Of a stretch of 29,156 bases of DNA, positions 24,504 through 29,156 are shown in pieces. The stretch comes from Candidatus Omnitrophota bacterium (lineage in GTDB: Bacteria > Omnitrophota > Gorgyraeia > Gygaellales > Profunditerraquicolaceae): positions 1 to 29,156 of the forward strand of contig JAFGUY010000107.1 in NCBI GenBank assembly GCA_016938245.1. Direction: 5' to 3'. The notes under the pieces are model-generated. The model did no database searches, was not told the DNA's origin, and saw only the letters and a program-made list of their open reading frames with translations. The stretch's first letter is position 1, and each line of letters opens with the position of its first letter. The position numbers and the translations under genes were made by a program.

Positions 24504-25595
24504 ATGAAGGTAAAGGTTAACAAAGGAGTTTTATTAAGTGGTTTACAGATAGTACAAAACGTTATTATCTCTAAGTCTAGTTTACCAATACTGTCTAATG
24601 TTTTAATTGAAACACAACAAGGCGGGCTACGTTTAACTGCCACCGATTTAGACATAGGTATAACCTGTGTAATACCTGTTGATGTCCAGGAAACAGGAGC
24701 AGTTACTGTGACTGCTAAAAGGTTTAGCGATATTATAAAAGAGTTGCCCGGAGAATTCGCGCAAATTACTACCAAAAAAAACAACCAGGTGAATATTGAA
24801 GCGGAATTATGCCAGTTTAAGGTAATGGGGTTGGCGCGCGAAGAATTCCCCAAGTTACCAGAGTTTAAAGATAAAGATGTTGTGCGGTTAGACCAGGGCG
24901 AGTTAAAAGAAATGTTAAGGCTTACGTCGTTCTCTGTTTCTTTGGATGAATCGCGCTATATTTTAAACGGCATCCTTTTTAAGATTAACAAAAACTCTGT
25001 CACTTTGGTGGCAACGGATGGTAAAAGGCTGGCTGTTGTAGAAAAAAGTTTGGTGTCCGGGATTAATAAAGATGTTAGTATTATTATACCTATTAAAACC
25101 ATACATGAGTTAAATCGCAACCTGAAAGAAGAAGGCGAACTGTCTTTGGTGTTAGGGGGTAATCAGGTTTTGTTTGAGCTGGGTAGCGTTACAGTAATCT
25201 CCAGGCTTATAGAAGGCGAATTTCCCGACTATAAACAGGTTGTTCCGCCGGTATCCGAAAACAAGATGCATGTTAATAGGGATACTTTTTTGTTGGCAGT
25301 TAGAAGAGCGGCGCTTTTGTCAACGCCGGATTATCAGGCAGTAAAACTGGAGATTTTTAAGGACAAGTTGGTTGTTTCTAAGTCTACCCCGGACATTGGG
25401 GAGTCTCATGAGGAGGTAGATATCCGCTATCAAGGCAAAGAGATGATTATCGGGTTTAACCCTAACTACCTTGCGGATGTTTTAAAAAACTTAGGGGGCG
25501 AATCAGTGAGTTTAGAGTTGACTGATAGCGAAAAACCAGGAGTTATCCGCCTTAGTGGCTACACTTATATTGTGTTACCTATGCGCTTAAGTTAA
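24504..25595 (+). CDS. dnaN: DNA polymerase III beta clamp
   Basis: LPILSNVLI, LTATDLDIGI, SRYILNGILF, VATDGKRLA, SRLIEGEFPDYKQV, IGFNPNYL, YIVLPMRL. Start at ATG 24504 behind AAGGAG. Confidence 0.97.
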   Translation: MKVKVNKGVLLSGLQIVQNVIISKSSLPILSNVLIETQQGGLRLTATDLDIGITCVIPVDVQETGAVTVTAKRFSDIIKELPGEFAQITTKKNNQVNIEAELCQFKVMGLAREEFPKLPEFKDKDVVRLDQGELKEMLRLTSFSVSLDESRYILNGILFKINKNSVTLVATDGKRLAVVEKSLVSGINKDVSIIIPIKTIHELNRNLKEEGELSLVLGGNQVLFELGSVTVISRLIEGEFPDYKQVVPPVSENKMHVNRDTFLLAVRRAALLSTPDYQAVKLEIFKDKLVVSKSTPDIGESHEEVDIRYQGKEMIIGFNPNYLADVLKNLGGESVSLELTDSEKPGVIRLSGYTYIVLPMRLS

Positions 25596-25600
25596 CGGGT

Positions 25601-28338
<2,738 letters not shown>

Positions 28339-28346
28339 AGGGGATT

Positions 28347-29099
28347 ATGGCTGAAATTGCACGCAAGGCGATCTACCCGTTTCTTATCTTTAAAGAGGCC
28401 TGGGGGGGTATGCCGCAAGAATTTAGCGAAACTTAGCGCTGTTTACCTTATTTTTTATATTCCGTATCTTTTTATTGCCGGCTCGGCTAACTTAGTCCCG
28501 GACGACCAATCCAATATTTTAAGCATCATTGCTACTTTGATAGGTATATTAAGCGGGGTTACATTATTAGTAGCGGCTAATAAAGCAGTTCAAGCAGAGC
28601 CAGTAGGGGTAGTTAAAAGCTTGGTAGAGGCAAAAAATATGCCTTAAGTTATCTGGGGTTAACCTTACTTATTTTTCTTGTTATCGCCGGGATACTCTTT
28701 GCCGGAGGAGTGCTTGTTATTATTGCCGGTGCGCTTACGGCACAGATCGGGATGGTCTTGGCGGTTAGCATACAGATCGTTTCTGTTGTAGCGGTTATTT
28801 GTTTCCTGGTATATTTTATGATCTGCTGGGCATTAAGCGGGATAGCATGCGTCTTAGAAGGGAAGCGCCCTGTTGCTGCATTAAGGCGCAGCCGGGAATT
28901 AATTAAAGATTATGTTAATCCGGTAGTAGGGGAATATTGCCTGTTTATTGTTACTCTTTTGCTCGCCTCTATTCCGTATATGATAGTGCTTTATATGCTC
29001 GGTGAGCCTGCGGACGGGACAGAAGCCGAGATTTTTATCGGTGCAATTAACAACATTATTATTAACAGCATACTAGTGCATTGTGACATTAGTTTCTGA
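28347..29099 (+). pseudogene. Polytopic membrane protein split by two homopolymer frameshifts, probably 3'-truncated
   Basis: ATG 28347 follows GAGGG. Removing one G from G7 (28402-28408) and adding one A to A6 (28632-28637) joins three frames into one hydrophobic multi-TM ORF (MAEIARKAIYPFLIFKEAWGVCRKN...AKKYALSYLGLTLL...). It could be sequencing error instead. Confidence 0.6.
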
Positions 29100-29156
29100 T
29101 ATCATCATAGAATCGCGAAAGTTTTTCGCGTGCCTTGTTCTTTGTAAACTGCCAGG

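Noticed and set aside
28357-28647. 96-aa ORF as an independent gene
   Set aside because: Better explained as the middle frame of the frameshifted gene starting at 28347.

Overview
Replication-origin region of a bacterial chromosome; gene content and order suggest Candidatus Omnitrophota (my inference, not a database result). Every gene left of ~22.6 kb is on the minus strand: rpmH-yidD-yidC-jag(N-domain only)-LAGLIDADG-parA-parB-ndk-yicC-gmk-rpoZ-coaC-tRNA-Cys-LAGLIDADG-tRNA-Leu-tRNA-Val-thrS-infC-rpmI-rplT-[trkA-trkA-39-aa membrane ORF-trkH-OB-fold membrane protein]-pheS-pheT-6S RNA-rarA-fusA-like-metV. Every gene to the right is on the plus strand: dnaA-oriC-dnaN-dciA-gyrB-frameshifted membrane protein. 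Most unusual items: (1) a 997-aa EF-G with canonical motifs fused behind an N-terminal transmembrane helix, a ~195-aa coiled coil and a Pro/Glu linker, i.e. a predicted membrane-tethered elongation factor outside the str operon; (2) a free-standing LAGLIDADG gene between two tRNAs whose reading frame runs through the entire tRNA-Leu gene; (3) a five-gene Trk cassette with an unannotated 39-aa membrane ORF and an exported OB-fold protein; (4) no rnpA between rpmH and yidD; (5) a short palindromic repeat inserted in frame in thrS; (6) five promoter-like elements that all have 16-bp spacers. Both window ends truncate genes with apparently foreign DNA. No CRISPR array or rRNA was seen.
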